Assembly (NCBI GenBank): GCA_964270895.1
Contig: OZ185435.1
Length of the DNA: 64,000 bases
From: Podarcis filfolensis
Taxonomy: Eukaryota
Reading direction: 5' to 3' (one strand)
The notes under the pieces are model-generated. The model worked only from the letters and a program-made list of their open reading frames with translations, had not been told where the DNA came from and searched no databases. Position numbers and translations under genes: made by a program. Position 1 is the first letter of the stretch; every line of letters starts with the position of its first letter. Below are positions 12,940 through 23,320 of the stretch, piece by piece.

Positions 12940-13407
12940 AAATCAGGATGAACTGTGGGCACTACAATTGAAGGAGGATACTGAAAAGCTGGAACATGTG
13001 AAGAGGGTGACCAAGATGATATAGGGTCTGGAAACCAAGCATTATGAGGGCATTGGGAATGTTTAGCTTGGTAAGAGGAGACTGTGAGAAGATATGACAG
13101 CCATCTTCAAATATCTAATGGCCAGTTACATGGAAGGTAGAACAAGCTCAGGAACTGAACCAATGGATTCAAGTGAAAAGAAACAAAATTCCACCTAAAC
13201 TTCATGAAAAGCTTTCTGACGGTAAGAGCTATTCTACAGTAGGACAGACTCTCACAAGTGTTGGTGGACTCTTTTTCCTTGGAAGGTTTTAAGCAGCAGT
13301 TGGATGACCATCTGTCATATATGATCTAGTTAAGATTCCTGCATTGTGAGGGGTTAGACTAGGTGACCCTTGGTGTTCCTTCTAACTCTACAATTCTATG
13401 ATTCCAT
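12940..13407 (+). mobile_element. CR1 LINE 3' end
   Basis: Degenerate RT C-terminus followed by the typical tail ggactagatgaccct...ccttctaactctacaattctatgattc. Confidence 0.75.
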
Positions 13408-13536
13408 AACCTCTCCAGGGACTTAACCTAAATGGTGCAGGAGTTCTTGATCATGCTGTCCTACATTTCCCAGTTACAACTGCCAATGACTTGAAATCCC
13501 TGTGAATGCAGCATGTTAAAGAGGGACTCTGTAGTA

Positions 13537-13736
13537 CAGTGGTACCTCTGGATACGAACGGGATCCGTTCCGGAGCCCCATTCTCATCCTGAAGTAAACG
13601 TAAAATGTCCTTTTGAGCGTCTGCGCATGTGCGAGCGGCGAAACCCGGAAGTAACACACTCCATTACTTCTGGGTCGCCATGGAGTGCAACCCAAAAATA
13701 CTTAACTTGAAGCTACTTCAACCCGAGGTATGACTG
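13537..13736. mobile_element. Tc1/mariner (Tigger-like) MITE
   Basis: TA-CAGTGGTACCTC...GAGGTATGACTG-TA, 200 bp. Confidence 0.85.
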
Positions 13737-13823
13737 TATCTCGTCTGGAAAAAGCAGAATTCAAATTATTCTGATTCACAGAATTGCAGAGTTGGAAGGG
13801 ATCCTAAGGGTCATCTAGTCCAA

Positions 13824-14057
13824 CCACTGTTCAAACAGACCAAATCAAGCAGCACACAAAGCAATAGCATTCCCAAATACCATTAAAAGGGTGAAATCTC
13901 ACTGCCCACACAACTGCATGCAAAATGTTCTCTCTCAGTTCATGGCTAATGTGCCGCTGATTGTGTAATTGCAAAAATGCCTCACACCACAGAAAACACT
14001 ACGCACATACTAAAGACAGAAATAATGAAGAGGCAGTGCAGAGAGAAGAGTAAAAAT
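13824..14057. repeat. Dispersed chimeric duplication of CELF1 intron segments 15362-15551 and 14975-15014
   Basis: 190 bp with 7 mismatches versus 15362-15551, followed by 40 bp identical to 14975-15014. Confidence 0.93.
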
Positions 14058-15173
14058 GCTGACCACAGCTGTATGTTCTTCCCCTTATTCACTGTATTGA
14101 CATTAACTTGTCATCCCACCTCTAATTCAGTTTATGAGGTATGCACCACCTAATTTTATACATTTTTATCCTTTACAATATTGCTCCATGTGGTTCTTCT
14201 CCATTACCCTTAATACTTTCAAATGAAAAGCTTATTAAAGATAGCTGTGGCTCTTCACTGATGATTGTAGTCTCTTGTTCAAAAGCAATATTTTAAAAAT
14301 TACTTTACATTTAATATGTAAAGCTTTTGTTACCCTGATGGTAAATTGTAGGTACTGGGACAGGAATTGTTTGCCTTATTTTGCTAATTTTCTCCATTCT
14401 TAAAAAAAGAGAAGCTATTAGCTGTAAGAGATACAACAAAAAGATTGCTCAAACACAAAAGCATAGATGCTAGACAAGTGATGTAAGGTGGAAAAATTTC
14501 TGAAGTTTTCTGGTGCTTTATTTTTCTGTGAATATTCTTAATTTTATAGATGCATTAGTAACAATGAATGGGTGCCACTTTCTATTTTTTAAAGCTATAT
14601 TTATGAAATACAACTAAAAACAAGCATGTCAAATTAAGTTACTCTAGTAAATTTTCTATTGCAAACTGAATCCCCCTCCCCCCAAAATAAATTAATTCCA
14701 ATTGATTCCCCTCCCACAGAAAAATCCACATTACTGAGCTAGACATATGTAGATTCTAAAATTAAACACAGCTTGAAATTCACTATATAAAGTGAAGCAA
14801 TATTTTTCCTATTATTGTCTGACCATTACAAAATTTCCAGAATAGATAGAAAAGTAGATATATTAAATATGCCTGAGAATGAGGAACATGAGTTGGACAG
14901 TCACCTAACTGCAACTGTACTTCTTACTTCTTCTGCATTTAGAACACTTCCTGCTCATTTGAAATAAAATCCCTAGAAATAATGAAGAGGCAGTGCAGAG
15001 AGAAGAGTAAAAATTCAACTCTGGACTCTTCTCTGTCATAAGCAACTGAGAGCCATCTTCACTGACATTAGTATATCATACCACACTTTCTTAACAGCCT
15101 TCTCATGATTCTTTTTCAACATGACATTGAACCTACTTTCGGATTCCAAGGGGCAAGGAAAGAAAACACTCAC

Positions 15174-15255
15174 CTCCCATTGGGTGGAGGCTGCCCAGTG
15201 TGTTCAGATTTCCAGAGGAGGCAGCTGCTGTCTGCTGAAGGAGCTGTAAATAAAG
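15174..15255 (-). CDS. CELF1: CELF1 coding exon ([27 protein letters not shown]); alternative acceptor 12 nt inside removes LYLQ
   Basis: Manual translation. tgtctag|CTTTATTTACAG|CTC acceptors, G|GTGAGT donor, 82 nt. Confidence 0.95.
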
Positions 15256-15828
15256 CTAGACATTACACCAAAAACAGAACAAGAGTGAGAATGAGGGCTG
15301 GCTCCACTTCTGGGAGACACTGCACTACACCACAGCCAGAGCGCCGTCCTAAGTGGAATAGCCACTGTTCAAACAGACCATATCAAGCGGCACACAAAGC
15401 AATAGCATTCTCAAATACCGTTAAAAGGGTGAAATCTCACTGCCCACACAACTGCATGCAAAATGTTCTCTCTCAATTCATGGCTAGTGTGCCACTGATT
15501 GTGTAATTGCAAAAATGCCTCACACCACAGAAAACACTACGCACATACTAAGCACAGAAAATAACACAGATCCTTTCTGTATTTATGCCAAATGAAAACC
15601 TTTAGAAGGCCAGTACTTCAGTCCTCATGAAACAGTGACAGATCGCTCCTCACCAACCTGAGCACATGAATGCTGTTAAATGGTAGCAACTTAATTACCT
15701 ACACTCACCAACTTGCCCATGAAACACCGAGTTTTGCAACAGAACATCAGCACAAGGATTCTTCTGCTACAAGTAATTATTGTGGGAAAACCGAATGATT
15801 TTGCACAGAAACTGCCAGGGAAACTCAC

Positions 15829-15990
15829 TGCTAAGTACTGGGGTCCAAGTGTGTTCAGTCCAGCCAGGTTTCCCCAAACTGATGCAGCACTGATTTGTTG
15901 CATCTGCTGCTGGAGCTGCTGTGCAATTCGTTTCTGTTCTTTATCCTTTTGGGTATCTGCAAATTTCACTACGATGGGAGAAGAGCATCC
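15829..15990 (-). CDS. CELF1: CELF1 coding exon ([54 protein letters not shown])
   Basis: Lies within ORF 15691-16002. atattgcag|GG acceptor, GCA|GTGAGT donor, 162 nt. Confidence 0.97.
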
Positions 15991-16324
15991 CTGCAATATC
16001 AATTCACATAGTTATACTTTATACATTACCTCCAAAGGCCACAAATAACTCTGATCATTTAGAAAAATACACCAATCTTATTAAAGAAATCTCCTAGCTT
16101 CCAGAGTTCTAGCCCAGTTTTCCCACGTTTTAATGTACCTTATCTAATTTATCATAAAATTGGGGTTATGTGTGGGCGTGACAGTAGCGGGGGTTCAAAC
16201 CACGAAACAATACAGCAACACTTAGAAAACTTCAGAGTTACAGAACCTTCTGCTCTTTCCAACAGTTAAGGCCAGTGTATGCTCAATGCAAACTATCCCA
16301 GTTACTCTAAATAACGTTTCTTAC

Positions 16325-16404
16325 CTCCATGGTCTGTGCTTGGTGCATTGCTTTGATTGCTGTTTGTGCCATAGCTCTTGTTGTAAAAGTCACAAAAGCA
16401 CAAC
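16325..16404 (-). CDS. CELF1: CELF1 coding exon, RRM2 ([27 protein letters not shown])
   Basis: Manual translation. atcttcccag|GT acceptor, GAG|GTAAGA donor, 80 nt. Confidence 0.96.
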
Positions 16405-16579
16405 CTGGGAAGATAATAGGATCAAATTCACTTGCTAAGTTTACACAAACCTTTTACAAAAAAAGGGGAGGTGGACATTCTGCTGACTTCAAAGATTTAA
16501 AATGCTTTCCAGTAAGATACTTTGGGTATGAGAGATCTCCAAAACGATCATCAATTTCATACCAGCTCCCCATGCTTAC

Positions 16580-16714
16580 CTCGACTTAAGCCATCAGGAC
16601 CCCGTAGAATTCTGCATTCTTCAATCTGCCCAAAGGAGGAAAACATCATTCTGATATCATTTTCATTGCACTTCTTTGATATCATCCCAATGAACAGTTT
16701 CCTGTCTTCCACAG
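16580..16714 (-). CDS. CELF1: CELF1 coding exon, RRM2 ([45 protein letters not shown])
   Basis: Manual translation. ttcttctcttag|CT acceptor, G|GTAAGC donor, 135 nt. Confidence 0.96.
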
Positions 16715-17401
16715 CTAAGAGAAGAACAAAAAAGGGAAGTCACTTATCTGCCCTGACTAAAGAAGTAAGTAAAATTATATAAATAGATTTCTTCACAGTT
16801 TATCTACAAACACACCCCTCACCGTATGAACACAAAATTTTCTCCATCTGGTCCCCCAAGCCCTTGAAGCAGATTTTGAGGGGGCAGGGGGGCTGTAAGG
16901 GAGAGGAAGTGAAGTTCTGTTCAGTAGTATAACTCCACTAGCAGAACAGGAGCACTGGATACCATCACTTAGTTTAAGAATTGATTAAATAGAGAGATCT
17001 TCTCATTGTACACTGCTATTTGGCATATTTTTGTTGGCAATATTAATAACCTGTTCCAGTACACAAAAACGTAAAACCATATTTAAAATTTAAATCACAA
17101 ATTTAAACCATGAACAACTTGTTCGTTCTTGAACAAGCTGATAGACAAATGAGCACATATTTGTATTTTATATAATTACATAATTTGTAACAAAAAAGTA
17201 TTACACATCAATAAACCACAGAAAATGAAAAGCTTAAAGTAGTCTACAGTGCAAAAAATACTGACCAGCTTTTATTACTGAGAAATTGTTCATCCTTTTA
17301 ATATAAATAGAAGACAGTGATTTCTCCTTTAACATAGGTGGATTTTACAAAGTAATTTCCAGTATGAAACAAGCTTGCAAGCCTGAATACAATGCTCCAT
17401 T

Positions 17402-17404
<3 letters not shown>

Positions 17405-17452
<48 letters not shown>
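17405..17452. repeat. (AT)n microsatellite, about 24 units
   Basis: Directly visible. Confidence 0.97.
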
Positions 17453-17454
<2 letters not shown>

Positions 17455-17913
17455 GTATGCTGTAATAGACTATAATCTTCTTTCAGAACAGAAGGGTTTA
17501 TAGTAAGAGAAGAGAAAGTTGTGTATATAGAGCAGCCTTGTAATTCTAGATGCAAAACTATATGCCAGAGATTATCGTCATTCACTAGGCAGCAAAGATA
17601 ACAAAATCGTTCCGAGAAAGCAAATATATTGCTTTCCCCCTTTTCTTTTAGGATCACAATGAAGCCTTTACAATGAATATGTTTTTATAGAACTTGAAGC
17701 TGAACCTGTAGAAGTATTATTAGCATTTCCTCAACCAAGGGAGAGGGATCAGCTTCTTTCACTTCTTAAGTGCAAAGCAAAAGGCAATGCACAAAGGCAG
17801 TAGTAGTATGGGATGCTTTAGTAACTTGGATGCTGTTTTCTAAGTCAAAATCAATGAACTTTCCATATAACAGACTTATTAATTTGAAAAAAGCCTGTTT
17901 TACATACACTTAC

Positions 17914-17962
17914 CATTATTCTTTTCACTGTCGGCTGGCTTCATTTGGATGGGATGGTGCAT
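17914..17962 (-). CDS. CELF1: CELF1 coding exon (MHHPIQMKPADSEKNN)
   Basis: Manual translation. tgtgttacag|ATG acceptor, G|GTAAGT donor, 49 nt. Confidence 0.95.
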
Positions 17963-18517
17963 CTGTAACACAGATAAAGCAATTAGGATTGGGAGTGGTG
18001 CAGAGGTGGAAATCAAGTTTTGGGGAGTAAATCACCTCCAGCCACAACTATACATTCCTTTCAAAGCTGTTGTAACCAGGGAACTTATAAATCAATTTTT
18101 ACAGATACTAATTCAGAGGACAGAGAAGACAGTACAGGCGTCTCCCCACCTATGCACAATCAACTCACACGAAGTGCCGGGAAATAATTCAGTAATTCAA
18201 TTCAAACCCGGAAATGGCAGGAGAGAGCAGGAGAGTCCTTGTGGAGACCCTCCCCGAATCCCGAAGAGGACGTCAGTGAGGACAGAGGAAGCACCTGAAG
18301 AGACCTGAAATGCAGCAGGACTTTGTTTATGCTGCTCAGCCTTCCCCCCTAACAGCTGATGTGCAGGATAGCTCAACAGCAGCTGCCCCTTTCCTGTATG
18401 TCCTCCTGCCAGACCCAGGGCTTCAATTCTAGCTGTGGATACATTATTTTTGGTACTGATTGAAGAGAGGGAAGCAGAGAAGGTGTTTAAAGGGTGTTGA
18501 GAGGGTACTCCCAACTA

Positions 18518-18743
18518 CAATGGTACCTCGGGTTAAGTACTTAATTCGTCCCGGAGGTCCGTTCTTAACCTGAAACTGTTCTTAACCTGAAGCATCACTT
18601 TAGCTAATGGGGCCTCCTGCTGCCGCTGCGCCGCCAGAGCATGATTTCTGTTCTCATCCTGAAGCAAAGTTCTTAACCCGAGGTACTATTTCTGGGTTAG
18701 TGGAGTCTGTAACCTGAAGCATATGTAACCCAAGGTACCACTG
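18518..18743. mobile_element. Tc1/mariner (Tigger-like) MITE
   Basis: TA-CAATGGTACCTCGGGTT...AACCCAAGGTACCACTG-TA, 226 bp. Confidence 0.85.
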
Positions 18744-18934
18744 TATATGTTTTTTCACTTGTGCACATGGGGGCCCAGAATGTAACCCCCATGTAGATGA
18801 GGAGTAACATGTATTAATATTAGTCAAGCCAAGGGGCTCCACATACCACATCCCAGAAAAGATGGCATCCTGAGTGTGGATTCATGCAGAAATATTGAAA
18901 GAGCAGATTAAATAGATGATGCCTATTGTCTTAC

Positions 18935-19017
18935 CCCTGGGAGAATCTTCATGTTATGAAGAGCATTCTGTGCTTCTAGTGCAGCTTTACGGGTATAAAA
19001 TGTAACAAAACAGCATC
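18935..19017 (-). CDS. CELF1: CELF1 coding exon, RRM1 ([28 protein letters not shown])
   Basis: Manual translation. gcgttacag|GA acceptor, GGG|GTAAGA donor, 83 nt. Confidence 0.96.
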
Positions 19018-19296
19018 CTGTAACGCAAACAAGTTACATGATGCATAACATATAAAAATAATCCATTCCAGCATAAATTATTTGATAGCAGAATGCATTA
19101 AGTCAAAAGCTGCCACCAACTGAATTCTGAATATTTTAAGGGTAAGATTCATATCAAAATTAATGTTTCTAATGCCTTCACTATTTAACATACTTCAGCC
19201 TCAATTATATAAGTGACTTACGTATTCACAAGACCCAAGGCTGGAGGTATGCAGAAATTGAACTAACAAGAAATCAACTATTCCTCATTTGAATGA

Positions 19297-19790
19297 TGTT
19301 GTTGTTTAGTCGTTTAGTCGTGTCCGACTCTTCGTGACTCCATGGACCAGAGCACGCCAGGCACTCCTGTCTTCCACGGCCTCCCGCAGTTTGGTTAAAC
19401 TCATGCTGGTAGCTTCAAGAACACTGTCCAGCCATCTCGTCCTCTGTCGCCCCCTTCTCCTTGTGCCCTCCATCTTTCCCAACATCAGGGTCTTTTCCAG
19501 GGAGTCTTCTCTTCTCATGAGGTGGCCAAAGTACTGGAGCCTCAGCTTCAGGATCTGTCCTTCCAGTGAGCACTCAGGGCTGATTTCCTTCAGAATGGAT
19601 AGGTTTGATCTTCTTGCGGTCCACAGGACTCTCAAGAGTCTCCTCCAAGACCATAATTCAAAGCATCAATTCTTCGGCGATCAGCCTTCTTTATGGTCCA
19701 GCTCTCACTTCCATACATCACTACTGGGAAAACCATAGCTTTAACTATACGGACCTTTGTTGGCAAGGTGATGCCTCTGCTTTTTAAGAT
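19297..19790 (-). mobile_element. 5'-truncated BovB (RTE) LINE
   Basis: ORF 19306-19635 (SILKEISPECSLEGQILKLRLQYFGHLMRREDSLEKTLMLGK) and upstream RIVKAMVFPVVMYGSESWTIKKA match the BovB RT C-terminus. One frameshift; (AAC)n-type tail. Confidence 0.92.
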
Positions 19791-20668
19791 ACAGGGTCCC
19801 GAATACAATAGTATCTTTTCCCAATTTGCAGGGAGCTTTTTTTTAGTGAGAGAGCAAAAAAATGTCCCCTTTATCTGCATCTTGTAGCAACGTCCTTCAC
19901 TATGGACATTTGGATTTTGAGGTCTCATTCCACTGCATGACACTTTAGTTTTCAGAATTCACAATACAGCAGATAAAACCCTTTTCTTACTATTGCAAGT
20001 TAACTGCTCATGGTTGCACTCATTTTCACCTCATCAGATGCTTATTAGTAACACTAAGAGTAAACCTTTTCCTACAGTCTTACCTCCTGGCCGGGTCAAT
20101 AGTTCAAGGCAGAAGTAGATGGGGGGTCAGGAGCTTACACCTTCTGTGGCAACTTCCTGAAACTCTTGAGAGCCTTGTTTCACACTTTGAGACTGAGTTG
20201 CACAGGTCAAAAGACAGATCAATCTTGTAGAAAAGGTTTTAATGGACATCAAGTGGACACTCCTTGCTTGTGAATCTTATCAGTAAGACACCCAAATGGA
20301 ATAACATTATGTGAATTATGCCCCCAACTTAGGGCTACTTCACACATTTATGCTTTTTCACACATTTATAGGGAAAAAAACCTATAAAATAAGCAAACTA
20401 TGCAGGTAAAGCTCAACGATAAAACTGTCAACATGTAATGACATGCCCAAGTTTGCATCTGCATGTGAAGAACAACAGACATCTAAACTAACCTTCCTAC
20501 TACCTGCTTTTCTTGCTACCACACCAAATACAGTAATATGAAGATCATGAACGGATCGTGATATCAAAACAACACAAAGACATGCTTTCTCAGAGTAATA
20601 AGTGTCAATAAGACGCATAACAATCTTGGACCAAAACTTCCAGTAAAAAGAAAAGAGAGAGCTCTCAC

Positions 20669-20856
20669 CTTTGCTCTGAGGAGGATTTTGGCTCCTGTCC
20701 CGGAGGACATTTATTTCATAGACAGCACCATACTGTTCAAACAGATCTCGCAGATCTTTTTCAGACCAACTCCGTGGGACCTGGCCCACAAACATCTTGA
20801 TGGCATCAATGTCCGGTTGGTCAGGATGGTCTAGTGTGCCATTCATTTTCTTTGAG
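20669..20856 (-). CDS. CELF1: CELF1 coding exon, RRM1 start ([62 protein letters not shown]); short-isoform ATG at 20846
   Basis: Lies within ORF 20382-20879. ctcatgcag|CT acceptor, G|GTGAGA donor, 188 nt. Confidence 0.97.
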
Positions 20857-22660
20857 CTGCATGAGTCAATGAGAAACATATGGTAAGGGTCCTCCTAGAC
20901 TCTGTCCCAACCAACCCTTCTTCAAATGTATTAGAAAGATAATAATTAAAACTCAAAGTGTTGCTTATCTGAGATATTCAGAGAACATATTCTGTCCACT
21001 GAAAACCAGGCACGTGGTGGGAAGAGAGAAGAGACACTTCTCCAAAGACTTGATTGCCTTCAGATGTCTCAGATGAATTTGCCGTTTTCTCCCCCAGAAA
21101 CGTTAGCATCTTAGAAATAAAATGTATTATAGTCTTGTATAAAGGGGAAACAATGGTTTATTGAAAAAGGAAAACTGAGGCAAAAGTTGGTGTACTTAAA
21201 ACTAATGAATTTAGTAGTAAGTATAAAGATGAAAAAATATCACCAATCCCTCTAACAGCAAACTAAAGTGCTGAGTGTTAACAAAAATGGGAGCCAAAAC
21301 AGGGCCACTGAGAAACAAAAGGGAGGTGTCAACCTGCCTGGGAGAACCCAATGTTTGCAGACATATAGAACTTTTAAAAAAACATTTAAAAACCATAAAA
21401 ATAAAATTCCTGAATGGGAATCCTAAAGATAGACCAATGGTTTGGTTTGGGTATAATACTCTGCATGGAAGAAAAGACCAGCTGAAACTCTGAAAAGCAC
21501 TCATATTCAGAAGTGACGACACACTGTAAGGTTTTGCTGCAGGTGCCACATATCTATACTCATACCAAACTCAGCATCATCCTTGATAGGTCACTTAGGA
21601 TCACTGGGTTTACTATTTGCACAAACTTGAACTGTGTCTGTATACTTTGGCAATTCAATGGACTGAGCAGACATCCAGGAGCAATGACTTGTGAAGATCA
21701 ATTCAGCGTCAGTTAGAGAAAAAAGGAAGATGGGGAACAGATATGCCCCTATAGCAGAGGTGGGGAGCCGGGAAGAGGTTTGTGCAGCCAAGGCTCACCC
21801 ATCAGCTGCTGGGCAAAGGTTAAGACCCTTTGTTCTTTGAAAAGAGGCAGAGAGCGGCTTGGCCAACTGCTCTCTGAAGCACCTCCACCCTCATTTTCAC
21901 ACTGCTCTAGCAAGGGTTCTCCACCTGTCAGTCAAGTGATGTCATCTAATGAGTTGATATTAAATCCTGTTGCCTAGGAAGCGTGATCCTGTTCCCTGCA
22001 GACACCAGAGTGGCACAGCCAATGCAGGATAAAATCCTGTCCTCCTGCTTATCAACTGATGTTGATAAGATGGGCGGGCAGGAATGGTTTGGGGGAAACA
22101 GCCTCATGAGCCAAACTGGACCAGCAGAAAGCCAAACTTGGCCTGCTAAGCAGAAGTTATCCACCCCTTCACTATGAGGTGCACATTCAAACTTGTTTCA
22201 CCTTTCAAGCTTAAAGGCAGCATATTTCGGGGGGACAAAAAAACAGCAACATCCATTCGCTGCACTGCACCACTCAGATTTGTTGCTAGATGAGTAGCTT
22301 CCTTCCTGCTCCCCTAGCCCCAAACCTCAGTAGTCAGCACTTTAGGGTAATTGTGCTACAATGGTAGATTGCTGAGTTTCAGGTTTAAATGAGCAGGGCA
22401 TTGTACAAAGGAATTTGAATTTCCCATTTGATCATTCCACTTATAGGCATTCAATGTCTTCCTATTTAAACCAGTATTTCATAATCCACAGACACTGTGA
22501 CATATTTTTTCAAAACTGAACAAGAAGAAAAATAGCAACCTTGCTTTAATATCAGAAGGCACACAGATTCAACCTAGTAATTAACTGTCATCATCAAAAC
22601 ATTTAATACTTACATTAATTACAAAAACAAATTGTTATTGTAAAACATTGGATTTTAAAC

Positions 22661-22697
22661 AGTAGTAGTAGTAGTAGTAATAATAATAATAATAATG
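22661..22697. repeat. (TAG)n(TAA)n compound microsatellite
   Basis: Directly visible. Confidence 0.9.
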
Positions 22698-23181
22698 AAT
22701 TATTATAACTTTTAACCATGTCAAGCACGATTTCTACTGACTGAAATAATTCACTGAACAGTTCTTCTCTTTTGACTTTTACCATAGAATGCCAGGGCCA
22801 GTGTACAGTTGCAAAATTTAAAATAACAAAACCGACAGTGGTGTTCTTAGCTTTACTGGATCAAAGTCAAACAACAGTCAGTCAACTGACTGTTTGTCAA
22901 TCCTATTGATAATCTGTGAATTTGAGACAAAGAAATAAGCACTATTCAGAATACTGGAACAGACTGTAAATAATATATTTACTGAGACTTCCAGGTTCTT
23001 CCATTCTGTGGAATTTTGTATGAATATACTGATTGCCCCTACTAGATGTTGCTTCCACATGGACTTATTGTTTAGGCAGTTGAGTTTCAGATCTCAGTAT
23101 CAAAGAATTAGGCATCTGGACCACAGACCACCAAAAAACTGCCAAAGCTTTCCTTTGCCTATGTGGTTTCTCTAGATAAGG

Positions 23182-23320
23182 ACTAGGGAATCTGCAACCC
23201 TCCAGCTGTTGCTGAACTACATCTCCCAACATCCCAGACCACTGGCCATGCTGGCTGGTGCTGATGGAAGATGGAGTTCAATGACATCTGAAGAAACACA
23301 GATTTTCATCCCTACTTTAC
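23182..23320. mobile_element. Short hAT-like MITE family; related copies near 60700-60795, 62215-62355 and 63600-63715
   Basis: Shared palindromic core ccctccagatgtt...actacaactcccatcatccctgacca...gatgggagtt in four places. Boundaries approximate. Confidence 0.6.

Noticed and set aside
15105-16048. Plus-strand ORFs of 111-133 aa
   Set aside because: Antisense shadows of CELF1 exons and intron.
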